Position numbers and translations under genes: made by a program. A stretch of 64,000 nucleotides of DNA from an uncultured virus (IMG/VR IMGVR_UViG_3300029305_005079) (Duplodnaviria > Heunggongvirae > Uroviricota > Caudoviricetes): IMG/VR virus record IMGVR_UViG_3300029305_005079; one strand, 5' to 3'. Of the stretch, positions 21,201-29,545 are shown one piece after another (position 1 is the first letter of the stretch; every line of letters begins with the position of its first letter). The notes beneath the pieces were generated by a model. It did no database searches. It had not been told where the DNA came from and saw nothing but the letters and a program-made list of their open reading frames with translations.

Positions 21201-21301
21201 ACCTCATCCTCAGGACACTCAGGTTGCCACTCATCAATAGCCGGTCGGTCGACTTTGTCGTGGAAAACCATTGGTTCAAATAATTCGTTGTTCAAGCTCA
21301 T
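18267..21301 (-). CDS. sigma-like promoter-specificity subunit of the non-virion RNAP (AR9 gp226/phiKZ gp68-like), 511 aa, 4 exons: 20822-21301, 19693-20145, 19156-19386, 18267-18638
   Basis: Removing three group I introns gives in-frame joins LQYSD|RHGQ, DEDLN|SEFDK and KYFGD|TSALN. Motifs KRSY, NKLY, IMPK, NAFQRDLV and EEILMYISLI match AR9 gp226 as recalled (not aligned). Early promoter at 21334-21345. Confidence 0.8.
18639..19155 (-). mobile_element. group I intron A (IA-like, 517 nt) with internal small ORF
   Basis: P AATTGCTGGG 19096-19105; Q AATCAGCAGC 19070-19079; R TTCAACGACTA 18787-18797; S GATATAGTC 18712-18720; P1 GGGGAU/GUUCCC with U.G; terminal G at 18639. Confidence 0.9.
18806..19042 (-). 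CDS. intron-encoded 78-aa hypothetical protein (P6 loop of intron A)
   Basis: own RBS AGGAGG; no LAGLIDADG, GIY-YIG or HNH motif. Confidence 0.7.
   Translation of the reverse strand: MILKLSDILEHQNPGVRQNSYKYKIVPIRECFDANDRDIHHIYSDINDIPEIYMKQQVYNIEPDIDSNGCMYLKIAIL
19387..19692 (-). mobile_element. group I intron B (306 nt, no cargo)
   Basis: P 19630-19639; Q 19593-19602; R 19560-19570; S 19458-19466; P1 CUGAAU/GUUCAG; terminal G at 19387. Confidence 0.9.
20146..20821 (-). mobile_element. group I intron C (676 nt) containing a tRNA gene
   Basis: P 20758-20767; Q 20622-20631; R 20353-20363; S 20234-20242; P1 AGUGAU/GUCACU; terminal G at 20146. Confidence 0.9.
20480..20564 (-). tRNA. trnL: tRNA-Leu(UAG) with encoded CCA, inside intron C
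   Basis: acceptor GCCGATG/CATCGGC + A-CCA; D loop TGG; anticodon stem CTGGT/ACCAG with loop CT-TAG-GA; long variable arm; GGTTCAAGTCC T arm. Confidence 0.95.
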
Positions 21302-21347
21302 TGTTTCAAAAACCTCCTAATTTATTTTCATCTTTATAATATACAGC

Positions 21348-22142
21348 CTATTTCTTGTTTACCTTCTTTGTCATTTTTACTGTACCGCTCCGCTTTACGG
21401 TATTAGCATTTTTAACATTTCCGGTTGTCTTTGTCATTCTGATATTACCAGAAGGACTGACTACAGTTCTAGACTGAGTATTATCATTTTTAGATGCATT
21501 TTCTTTACGTTCCTTGGCTTCTTGTTTTCTTACTTTTTCTCCAAGTTCTTGACGTCTAGCAATCTTAGTATCAGTATGCTCCACACTATCAACAAGCATT
21601 TTCTTATTATAAGGCATAGCATATGCTGTATAGACCGACTTAGCGAAAAGATTCTTGGATTTCATAAATAAATATGCAAAGTAAAGAATCTTAGAATATC
21701 CGGGAACTTCATAAGGGTTTCGTTCCTTAGGGTCATTTTTCAATGCAAGTCTTGAGGCCTTCGGCTTTAAGTCCTCAAAAAATATGTCGTTCTTTAGAAA
21801 TACTCTTAAATAAGTAAAAACGAACGCTGGATCATTCGAGAAGAATTTGACAGAATAATCCTGTAAGCTGGGTGATGATTTAATAGCCGCATCATTTGAA
21901 TAAAATAGAATGACAGCATCGTAATAGAAGCCCTTTATGGTTTCGGAAGGTACTTTAATATGAGCAACATATCTGTCCTTCTCTTTATCTATATACAATA
22001 CATAATTTATTTTACCAGCTTCTCTTAGGAATACCTTATCAAACTTTTCTGTATACAGCTGTTTAAATAGATCTCTCTGAGAGAATACAGCATTTCGTTT
22101 TCCCATAGGATTATCTATGTATTGTTGAAAACTCATTGTCAT
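21348..22142 (-). CDS. conserved jumbo-phage hypothetical protein
   Basis: 264-aa ORF with FFSNDPAFVFTY motif; late promoter 22169-22180. Confidence 0.7.
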   Translation of the reverse strand: MTMSFQQYIDNPMGKRNAVFSQRDLFKQLYTEKFDKVFLREAGKINYVLYIDKEKDRYVAHIKVPSETIKGFYYDAVILFYSNDAAIKSSPSLQDYSVKFFSNDPAFVFTYLRVFLKNDIFFEDLKPKASRLALKNDPKERNPYEVPGYSKILYFAYLFMKSKNLFAKSVYTAYAMPYNKKMLVDSVEHTDTKIARRQELGEKVRKQEAKERKENASKNDNTQSRTVVSPSGNIRMTKTTGNVKNANTVKRSGTVKMTKKVNKK

Positions 22143-22221
22143 CCTTATTCACCACCTTTTAAATGACTTATTATAAAGTTTTTTATGTTATAAAAAGTAA
22201 AAACTTATTGTAAAAGTTTAC

Positions 22222-22265
22222 AAAAAAAAGAAAAGGTTATTGTACAATAACCTTTTCTTTTTTTT
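22222..22265. repeat. 44-bp perfect palindrome / terminator
   Basis: A8GAAAAGGTTATTGT|ACAATAACCTTTTCT8. Confidence 0.85.
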
Positions 22266-22376
22266 TGTTTCATGATTACAATATGTAATTAAAAAGCAGA
22301 AAGAGTTTTGCAACAAATAATTCGCATTCTGCTGGACCCCTTCCAGGAGTTATTTGATATATCATGTGATACTTCT

Positions 22377-22676
22377 CTATTTGATTATTTTAAAATAGCC
22401 ATAACATGTTTTATTTGATTTCATACCTTCTTTGATTTTAGGATCATCAGGATAAGGCAGTACATCAAATGGACCAGAATAGTCATATAATCCCGAATCT
22501 ATTCTGTCTTTTCCCTGATAAGCCCAATCTATTAAAACACATTCTATAGGTATTAAAGTATCTGGATTATCATACTCGATAGCTGCAAACATATTTTTAT
22601 CTTTTGTAGATTGCATTATTTTCCATCCACTTTTATCATTCTTCATAATTTCTATATAAGGTATTAAATTATTCAT
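22377..22676 (-). CDS. hypothetical protein
   Basis: coupled to the rtcB stop. Confidence 0.6.
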   Translation of the reverse strand: MNNLIPYIEIMKNDKSGWKIMQSTKDKNMFAAIEYDNPDTLIPIECVLIDWAYQGKDRIDSGLYDYSGPFDVLPYPDDPKIKEGMKSNKTCYGYFKIIK

Positions 22677-23818
22677 TTTGTTTCACCATCCGCTTTAAAG
22701 TTATATATTGGTCGGATTATACCATCAATTCTAACTGTATCGCTTATACGTTTAGTAAGATATTCCATCGATTTATAAGCCATGGGAGCTTCATCTATAG
22801 TACTTCTCATAATAGAAGTACTATAAATTCCTTTCATACTCTTTTTAAATTCAGAAAGAGTAATAGCATTTCTAGCTTCCTCTCTAGACATTAATCTTCC
22901 TGCTCCATGCGGTGCAGAATCGTTCCAATCTTCATTTGCTTTTCCTGTTACTATAAGCGATCCATCTCTCATATTAATCGGGACAATAGATCTCATCCCT
23001 CTAGCAGTAGAAATACAGCCTTTTCTCATTCTATATCTATTGCCAGCGTTATCAATAATAAGACGAATATAGTTATGACAGCTGTTAAGTCCATCAAATA
23101 TATCATATTTCCATTTCATTTCAACGCATATTCGTCTTAAAATGGTCAATCTATTTATATGAGCGAATTCTTCAAGCATATCTACATCTTCTACAAAATC
23201 TTCTGCAAACTCACCATCCAGATAAGTAAATGCGTAAGGTTCTTCAGGGTGCTGTTCTTTTGCCTTAGTTTTATAAAACTCTGCAACTTCAGCACCAAGA
23301 TGACGACTTCCGCTATGAACGATAAGCCAATAGTAGTCTTTGTCTCCTACAGTTTCGATACCAAGTTCAATGAAGTGATTTCCTCCACCGAGTGTTCCAA
23401 CACTTCTAAGAGCTTTATCCTTATTAAATACATTACAGTTAAGCAAATCTAGCATATCTCCATCCATAGCTAAATTATTTAAAGGTTTATCATAGATTCT
23501 CATTCCATTTGGAATTTCAAAATCTATAAATTTATCTAACTTTTCTAGATTAATTTTAGGCTTTCCATGAAGCCTAATTCCAGTTATTCCACATCCTATA
23601 TCACCTCCAAGCAATATAGGAGAAACTTTATCTTTTGTATCCATACTGGTACCGATAACACATCCGGCTCCTGCATGAACATCCGGCATAATTCTTATTT
23701 TAGCATCTTTTCCAATTGTACTATTTACAAGAGCATTTATTATACCTAATGAATTTGTATCAATTATATCTGTAAATACTTTGCAGTTTTCAGATATAAT
23801 AGTTTCATAATTTCCCAT
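22673..23818 (-). CDS. rtcB: RtcB-family RNA ligase
   Basis: MPDVHAG, GGDIGCG, GTLGGGNHFIE, VHSGSR, HN, RKG, SAPHGAGR, DEAPMAYK. Confidence 0.95.
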   Translation of the reverse strand: MGNYETIISENCKVFTDIIDTNSLGIINALVNSTIGKDAKIRIMPDVHAGAGCVIGTSMDTKDKVSPILLGGDIGCGITGIRLHGKPKINLEKLDKFIDFEIPNGMRIYDKPLNNLAMDGDMLDLLNCNVFNKDKALRSVGTLGGGNHFIELGIETVGDKDYYWLIVHSGSRHLGAEVAEFYKTKAKEQHPEEPYAFTYLDGEFAEDFVEDVDMLEEFAHINRLTILRRICVEMKWKYDIFDGLNSCHNYIRLIIDNAGNRYRMRKGCISTARGMRSIVPINMRDGSLIVTGKANEDWNDSAPHGAGRLMSREEARNAITLSEFKKSMKGIYSTSIMRSTIDEAPMAYKSMEYLTKRISDTVRIDGIIRPIYNFKADGETK

Positions 23819-23917
23819 TTTTTAATCCCTTTCATAATATAAAAGATTTTGATAATTTGGAACTTTGCACTGAATGATTTACCTTCAGTGCAATCCTTAT
23901 TTATGATTATTTCTCCT

Positions 23918-24256
23918 TTATACCTCTAAAAATATTTCTCCTACTACAAGACAGCCAGACACTCTATCAATATTGCATGGATTACATAAAATATAACCTT
24001 CTTCACTACTGAATGTAAGTATAGAGCCATCCGGTAATTTTGTAGAGAATTTTTGTTTAACTTCTTTTATTGTAGCCATAAGAATATCATCATTGAATTT
24101 CCTTATAGCTACATAAAGTTCTGGTATAGATATACATTCGTGTCTTAATTCTTTGGGCCATGTATCATTATCGGTAGAGAAAAACAGCTTAGCCCTGAAT
24201 TCTTCAGCACCGGCATCTTGTACAAATAGAAACATAAATTCTTGAAGTTTTATCAT
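23918..24256 (-). CDS. hypothetical protein (start likely MIKLQ at 24256)
   Basis: ATGA overlap with the upstream stop; RBS GGAGGT. Confidence 0.6.
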   Translation of the reverse strand: MIKLQEFMFLFVQDAGAEEFRAKLFFSTDNDTWPKELRHECISIPELYVAIRKFNDDILMATIKEVKQKFSTKLPDGSILTFSSEEGYILCNPCNIDRVSGCLVVGEIFLEV

Positions 24257-24906
24257 TGTATACCTCCATGATCCTGGACCCACTTAAGCGGATCTTTTTC
24301 GAATTCTTTTACATCATCGAGATTGATCGCACCGTTCTTATGCCAGTATCTAAGTAATGCAATTCTGCAAGCTAAAGGTCTAGCGCATTCCATAGTAATA
24401 AGCTTACCATCACAACAATTAGCAAAGCTTCCTAAAGAGGCAAGGCAAGCAAGAATTTCAGAAGTAATGTTTTCCATAGTAAGCTCCTCAAACGGAGTCA
24501 CTTTATGAAACATTAGTTTTGGTTCCTCCCTATGTATATCTGGCTTTGCATTAGTTCGTCTGTGATCTTTAAAGATCCATTCAGAATTTTCGTGCAAACT
24601 ACACCAGATATCTCTGAATCCATCTGGTAGGAATTTATATTCTTTTAAATAATCTCTATCGGCTCTTGTATTTCGAGCTTTATCTAAAAGATTTATTAGA
24701 GCTACATATTTCTGATTAAGCTCTAATACACAGGATTTTTGTCCTTCTTTAGACTTCACATTACGAGTTTTCATAAGATTTTCGCATTCTTTGACCATAT
24801 CATACAATACGGATTCGAAGTCTTTAATAAATTCGTCTTCAGTTTCATTATTCATTAATCTAGCGAAATATTCTTTTGCTTTCATATACATATCGTATCC
24901 TTTCAT
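24253..24906 (-). CDS. hypothetical protein
   Basis: 217-aa ORF. Confidence 0.65.
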   Translation of the reverse strand: MKGYDMYMKAKEYFARLMNNETEDEFIKDFESVLYDMVKECENLMKTRNVKSKEGQKSCVLELNQKYVALINLLDKARNTRADRDYLKEYKFLPDGFRDIWCSLHENSEWIFKDHRRTNAKPDIHREEPKLMFHKVTPFEELTMENITSEILACLASLGSFANCCDGKLITMECARPLACRIALLRYWHKNGAINLDDVKEFEKDPLKWVQDHGGIQ

Positions 24907-24956
24907 AAAAAATTAAGGGAGGATGTTTGAGCATCCTCCCTATATGATTTCCCATC

Positions 24957-25313
24957 TTAAGTATTAGGGAGAGTATCTGTAGAAATACTAATAGCTGCGA
25001 TAACTTTACCATCTTGAATGGTGAAAGATTCGATGTCATTAGCATTATAGAATTCAAATCCCATATTGGAAATGATATCTACCCATGCATCTGCTGTAAA
25101 GTAATTTCTTTTAAGTACAAGAGCTTCTGTGGTATCTACATCTACATTGCCCTTTACGAGTTTATGGAGAATTCCATCTGTGAATGCTACCTTATTAGTA
25201 TCATTCTCAAGAGTGAATTCGCTTCCGATAAATCCTCTTGCTTTGGCAATTTTACAGGCGATCTTACCACAGGTTTCCTTGTCATTCATGTCAATTGTTG
25301 CGTTTCTTTTCAT
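24957..25313 (-). CDS. hypothetical protein
   Basis: RBS AAGGAG; early promoter 25378-25389; followed by a terminator. Confidence 0.65.
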   Translation of the reverse strand: MKRNATIDMNDKETCGKIACKIAKARGFIGSEFTLENDTNKVAFTDGILHKLVKGNVDVDTTEALVLKRNYFTADAWVDIISNMGFEFYNANDIESFTIQDGKVIAAISISTDTLPNT

Positions 25314-25395
25314 AACACATTCTCCTTTAAAAAATAATTATTATTTTCGAATCTAACTATCTGTATTAGATTCATAGTAATAATATTTAATTATT

Positions 25396-25854
25396 TTAGA
25401 GATTAACGGGTATGATTCCTTTAGCAATCTCATCTCTAACTTGCATAAGAATTTCCCCCAATTTGTTTCGTCCTCTCAAAGTAGTACGGTCAATACCCCA
25501 GTACATATCTCCCCATGTATTACCTTCGTATAATCCCGCACTTCCTGTATCTAAAAGCATTTTTGCCAATTCAGGATCTGAGAATTTTGCTTTTATTACA
25601 TCATACATAATCTGATCTTTAACATCTTCCCAATCAGGTCTTAATTTAACACGTCTTCCCAATCGTTTAGCCTCGGAAGGATTTAAATCGGAAAATCCTA
25701 GTCTACCATCTTTATTCATGCATTTAGCTGACTGGAAAGCAGCTTCAGAATTTCTATATCTTATCCCATCATAATAAATTGGATATTCATAAAAGTTGCT
25801 AAGAAAGGAATACTCTCCAGTAAAGCTGAGAATAATCTTAATATCATTTTTCAT
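25396..25854 (-). CDS. NADAR (YbiA-like) family protein
   Basis: FLSNFY, SEAAFQSAK, AKRLGR, LRPDWEDVK, EGNTWGDMYWG, GRNKLGEILM. Confidence 0.92.
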   Translation of the reverse strand: MKNDIKIILSFTGEYSFLSNFYEYPIYYDGIRYRNSEAAFQSAKCMNKDGRLGFSDLNPSEAKRLGRRVKLRPDWEDVKDQIMYDVIKAKFSDPELAKMLLDTGSAGLYEGNTWGDMYWGIDRTTLRGRNKLGEILMQVRDEIAKGIIPVNL

Positions 25855-25909
25855 TATAATATCATCTCCTTTGTTACTTTTAATATATAATTAAGAATCG
25901 TATAAAACA

Positions 25910-26228
25910 AAAAAAAGAAAGCACCTTTTATATTTGCTTTCTCAAAACCCAAAGGTTTTGCCTACATATTTCTATGAGGTTTCTACTCGATTATTCCAAA
26001 TGAACCGGTAAATATCATTTGGAGTCTTCCTTCTTCGATCCAAGGATTTGGGATCTTATCATATTGAGAGTAGTAGGCTGTATTTAAACTTGCCATCTGA
26101 TGTTCGCCTTTATAAGGTTTTCTCAGATTATTAGGAAGATTTTCTATCGTATATGAAAAGATTGGAAATTGGCAAAAATCCATAAAGTATACGATAGAGG
26201 GCTATTGAATAAACTTTTGTTTATTCAT
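25910..26228 (-). ncRNA. candidate structured ncRNA (~320 nt)
   Basis: early promoter 26231-26242; terminator 25916-25942 + U tract; many stems and possible pseudoknots; no ORF with an RBS. Confidence 0.55.
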
Positions 26229-26310
26229 AATTATAGTATACATTCAAAAAATAATTTATATTACAAAAATAAATGTCTAGGACTTTGTATCGCCCTAGAC
26301 ATTTATTATT

Positions 26311-29300
26311 TTAAAATACAGGATTTGACATCTTTCCCTTGTCTTCTTCAAGGCAGAGAGTAAGATTGTACAAACTCTGAATGGCTTCTTTATCGGAAGT
26401 TCTAACACCCTTAGAACCAAGATTAAAGTAATGAGATTTAGCTCGTAACTGTTCATCTAATTCAGCATTAGCCTCTTCTGAAAAGACTCCTTTGATCGTA
26501 ACTTGGTCACCATCCTAAATAATTTTATGCTCGCAACGCATTTCCTATCTTTCGATAGTAATTAGACTATATCATATCAAGAATACTCTTGATCTCCCCG
26601 CTTCGAATCGTCATTAGCCTACGATCCTACTCTACTTGATTCATCATATAGATGTCTTTCGATAGTCGTTGAACCTTCTCTTTATATAAAGAGCTTGGCT
26701 GCTGATTGACATAGGATTTATCCCTTAGCTTTCCAGCAATTCAAGGAGTTTAAGGATTACAATCGGTGAAGTTTATAATCCGTATTGGATTTATGATTTA
26801 TACATACTACCTTTATTTTCATAAAGGGCTAGACTATATCTTATCTCTTATAGAGATCTTCCCGTTTCGGATGTCTCCTACTCTACTCGATTCATATTTC
26901 TATGTCTTTCGATAGTCGTTGAACGTTCTCCCTTATTAGAGAGCTTCGCTGCTGATTAGCATATCTTTTGACTTAGCTTTCCAGCAATTAGAGAAGTGTT
27001 TATTTACATCGGAGGCAATTAATGATGGTTTACCACCGATGCCGTCAAGGTATAGATTGGTCAAATTCAAAGTATCAATAAATCTATTTGATGTATTTGA
27101 ACCAATATCGTTTTGACGGATAAGAGGATAATTCTTATAATAAGTACCATTGATAATCATAGGTTCTGTCTTTGTAGTAGACGAGATTCTTACTTTTGTA
27201 GGGAATTGGTTAAAGTAGCTATCGCAATATCTTCATATGGAGTCGTTAATTCCATACCGCTTTTTAAAGCAGCTCTAGCTCACGCTAGAAGTTGAGACTA
27301 TATCTTTACCCTTTCGGGTACTCCCCATTTCCACTCACTTGAGTGTACTCCATTTCTGGATAGTCGTTGAACATTATTCAATACATGTAAAGAATTTCTT
27401 TTCCAAGTGATCTAGCAAATTCTATTTCACTTTTTGTAGATTTTCCAATATAGCCATCTTTATTTATTACATAAATAGCATCAGCCATACGAATTTTTTC
27501 TTTATGCATTCTATCAAGCATTTCTTTATTTGAACCTTCCCAAGCTTCTTCATCGCCTGAATGTCCAAATAAACCCACAGAGATAACTATATTCCCTCTA
27601 AGAGTAAGCTCTTTTTGAGCTTTGATAAAGTCATCTTTAAATTTTGTCGAACCGCATAAAGTAATTATTGGAAATCTGAAATTATTAATGATTGAATCTT
27701 TGCTGCTGATTGTCTCTATAACTGTATTATCTGAAGAGAAATTATAATTTTTCTTTTCGATAAGCCTATTAATATTGATTCGTTTAAGTAGATATATGTG
27801 TTCATCTTGTTTGATTATTTCTTGCAGTTCATCTACTTTGGGAAGAGTAGAAAATCTGTATCTTTCATAATCATTAAAGAAGTCTATATATACCTCTCTA
27901 GCCATATATGGTGATGTATATGCAGGTTGGAATATCCAATTAGATCTTATATCAGATCCGTCTACATATATTTTGAGATATATACATCTATTGTCACCAG
28001 GCACAAAATACTGTCTTGAGTTATTGAATACAGCTGTATAAATTTCTTTAATATTCTGAACTTGATAGGCTGTAAGCGCTATCTTTTCAGGACTAGCTGT
28101 TTTAATAAAATTATCTACAAAATCACTCATATTTATCACTCCTTTATTATATTACTAAAATGATAAGATATGATTATAGTTGTAATAAGAGACGTCCCAG
28201 CAATTAAAGGAGTTTTCACTAGTAGATTTCTCTACTAGGCGACCAATTTGATCGGATATCTAGTTATTAGAACATGCTTATCCTTAGTTGCTTCAACTGC
28301 AGCCATATAAAGAACATCACACCATGTGAGATCTCGCTCCATAATAGGAAGCTGTCCAGGATCGTGCTTAGCATATTCTTCCTCTGTCATACCATATCCC
28401 TTAAATCTAAGAACCACAGTTGGTCCTTCTACAGTAGGAACCCTGATCGGAATAAATCTATTTGAGAATCCGGTACAAAATCTATCGATTTCTTTACGGA
28501 TTCTTTCATCGGAGAATTCAACCTGGTAATCCTTTGGATGCAAATAAGATACTGTTCCATTCTTAACCATAGGGATTACGGAGTCTCCGGAAAATTCATT
28601 TTCAAAGAATCTTCTTACATGATAAACTACAAAAGGTAAGAAGTTTACGCATGCAGATGCTAGAGGAAGCAAGGAATAATCCAAATCAGCCTCAATATCA
28701 TCTAAGCGTTCAACTTTCAATTCAGGAGCGGAAAGAACAAGACGTGAACCATAGTCAGTAGTCTTACTCATAACAGCTCTTCTTAGAATACCTGTCTTAC
28801 CAGGAATTATGTTTGTAGTCTTCTCTCCATTAATAGTAGTACCAGAACCAAACCAGTCGTAAATTTGTACAAGAGTTTCTTGAATTCTACCTCTTGTAGC
28901 AGCATTTAGATTTAGTCCGTATTCTGAAGATTCTTTAAGAGCTTTTACAAAAATAATAAGATTTCTATAAAGCTCATTAATCTCTCCTACAGCAACGTGT
29001 CCGCCTTCAGTGTTAACGTCTCTATAGTATGCAGGACATACTACAAATTTGCGGATAAACATTTCCGGAGTACCCATATATTTTTCAATAAATTGGACTC
29101 TCATATCACGTTGTCTAGAAGAGGTTCTTTTAAGTTTAAATTTGTCTATATTTTTTCTAATGAATCCAATACCATTTTCGCCATTCTCATCAGGAACTAG
29201 TTCTCCATCTTTAATAATGAAAGTATTAGTACCATGAACGCATGCTTTGATATTGGAATCTATTTTGCACCACATTTTATAGATAAGAGGATTCATAAAA

Positions 29301-29521
29301 TACTCTTCAAGATTAATGTATGCAAAAGTATTTGCTCGATCATATTTTGTAATTCCAAAAATCTCATTAGACAAAAGTCCATCTGAAGTTGGAACTGAAT
29401 TTCGAACAAAGAATACTGGATTGGTTACTTCTTGAAGATCATTAACCTTTACCAGCTTTTCAGGATCTATTAGATTGACCCTAAGATGATTTTCTTGAAT
29501 AAAATCTGGCATTTTCATCAC
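26311..29521 (-). CDS. RNA polymerase beta' N-terminal/catalytic subunit (probably virion RNAP), ~557 aa, 4 exons: 28251-29521, 27032-27224, 26775-26780, 26311-26514
   Basis: DGLLSNEIFG, GKTGILRRAVMSKTTDYGSRLVL. Splicing gives ITRYP(AT|C)DSYFNQ and GIGG|DY|DGDQVT (catalytic DxDGD). Late-type promoter variant CACA-N6-TA at 29527-29538. Confidence 0.9.
26515..26774 (-). mobile_element. group I intron F (260 nt)
   Basis: P 26732-26741; Q 26698-26707; R 26663-26673; S 26565-26573; P1 GAUUAU/GUAAUC; terminal G at 26515. Confidence 0.9.
26775..26780 (-). other. 6-nt micro-exon GATTAT (Asp-Tyr of the RNAP DYDGD motif)
   Basis: lies between the terminal G of intron E and P1 of intron F; needed to complete the catalytic motif. 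Confidence 0.88.
26781..27031 (-). mobile_element. group I intron E (251 nt)
   Basis: P 26980-26989; Q 26948-26957; R 26913-26923; S 26832-26840; P1 AUCGGUGGU/GCCUCCGAU; terminal G at 26781. Confidence 0.9.
27225..28250 (-). mobile_element. group I intron D (1026 nt) with an internal ORF spanning the P5 and P6 loops
   Basis: P 28196-28205; Q 27702-27711; R 27361-27371; S 27296-27304; P1 CGAU/GUCG; terminal G at 27225. Confidence 0.87.
27378..28139 (-). CDS. intron-encoded 253-aa protein with C-terminal nucleoside 2-deoxyribosyltransferase-like/DUF4406-like Rossmannoid domain
   Basis: ITLCGSTKF...HKEKIRMADAIYVINKDGYIGKSTKSEIEFARSLGKEILY; RBS AAGGAG; no endonuclease motif. Confidence 0.7.
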   Translation of the reverse strand: MINMSDFVDNFIKTASPEKIALTAYQVQNIKEIYTAVFNNSRQYFVPGDNRCIYLKIYVDGSDIRSNWIFQPAYTSPYMAREVYIDFFNDYERYRFSTLPKVDELQEIIKQDEHIYLLKRININRLIEKKNYNFSSDNTVIETISSKDSIINNFRFPIITLCGSTKFKDDFIKAQKELTLRGNIVISVGLFGHSGDEEAWEGSNKEMLDRMHKEKIRMADAIYVINKDGYIGKSTKSEIEFARSLGKEILYMY

Positions 29522-29545
29522 CTCTTTAATACTATGTGAAGTTTA

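Noticed and set aside
18267..21301. ORFs 18267-18641, 19039-19302, 19690-20157 and 20792-21301 as separate genes or a pseudogene
   Set aside because: They join in frame at group I splice sites into one 511-aa protein.
23865..23893. Hairpin upstream of rtcB as a riboswitch
   Set aside because: Single stem without a recognisable aptamer consensus.
25983..26183. 66-aa ORF as a protein gene
   Set aside because: No RBS and the start is buried in a stem-loop; ncRNA reading preferred but not proven.
26936..27160. 74-aa ORF as an independent gene
   Set aside because: It is RNAP exon 2 reading into intron E.
18806..28139. Intron ORFs as homing endonucleases
   Set aside because: No LAGLIDADG, GIY-YIG, HNH or clear PD-(D/E)xK motif by eye; a remote-homology search is still needed.
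18639..28250. Repeated TAGTCGTTGAA / GCTGCTGATT motifs as CRISPR or interspersed repeats
   Set aside because: Order and spacing match group I P-Q-R-S elements; there is no repeat-spacer periodicity.
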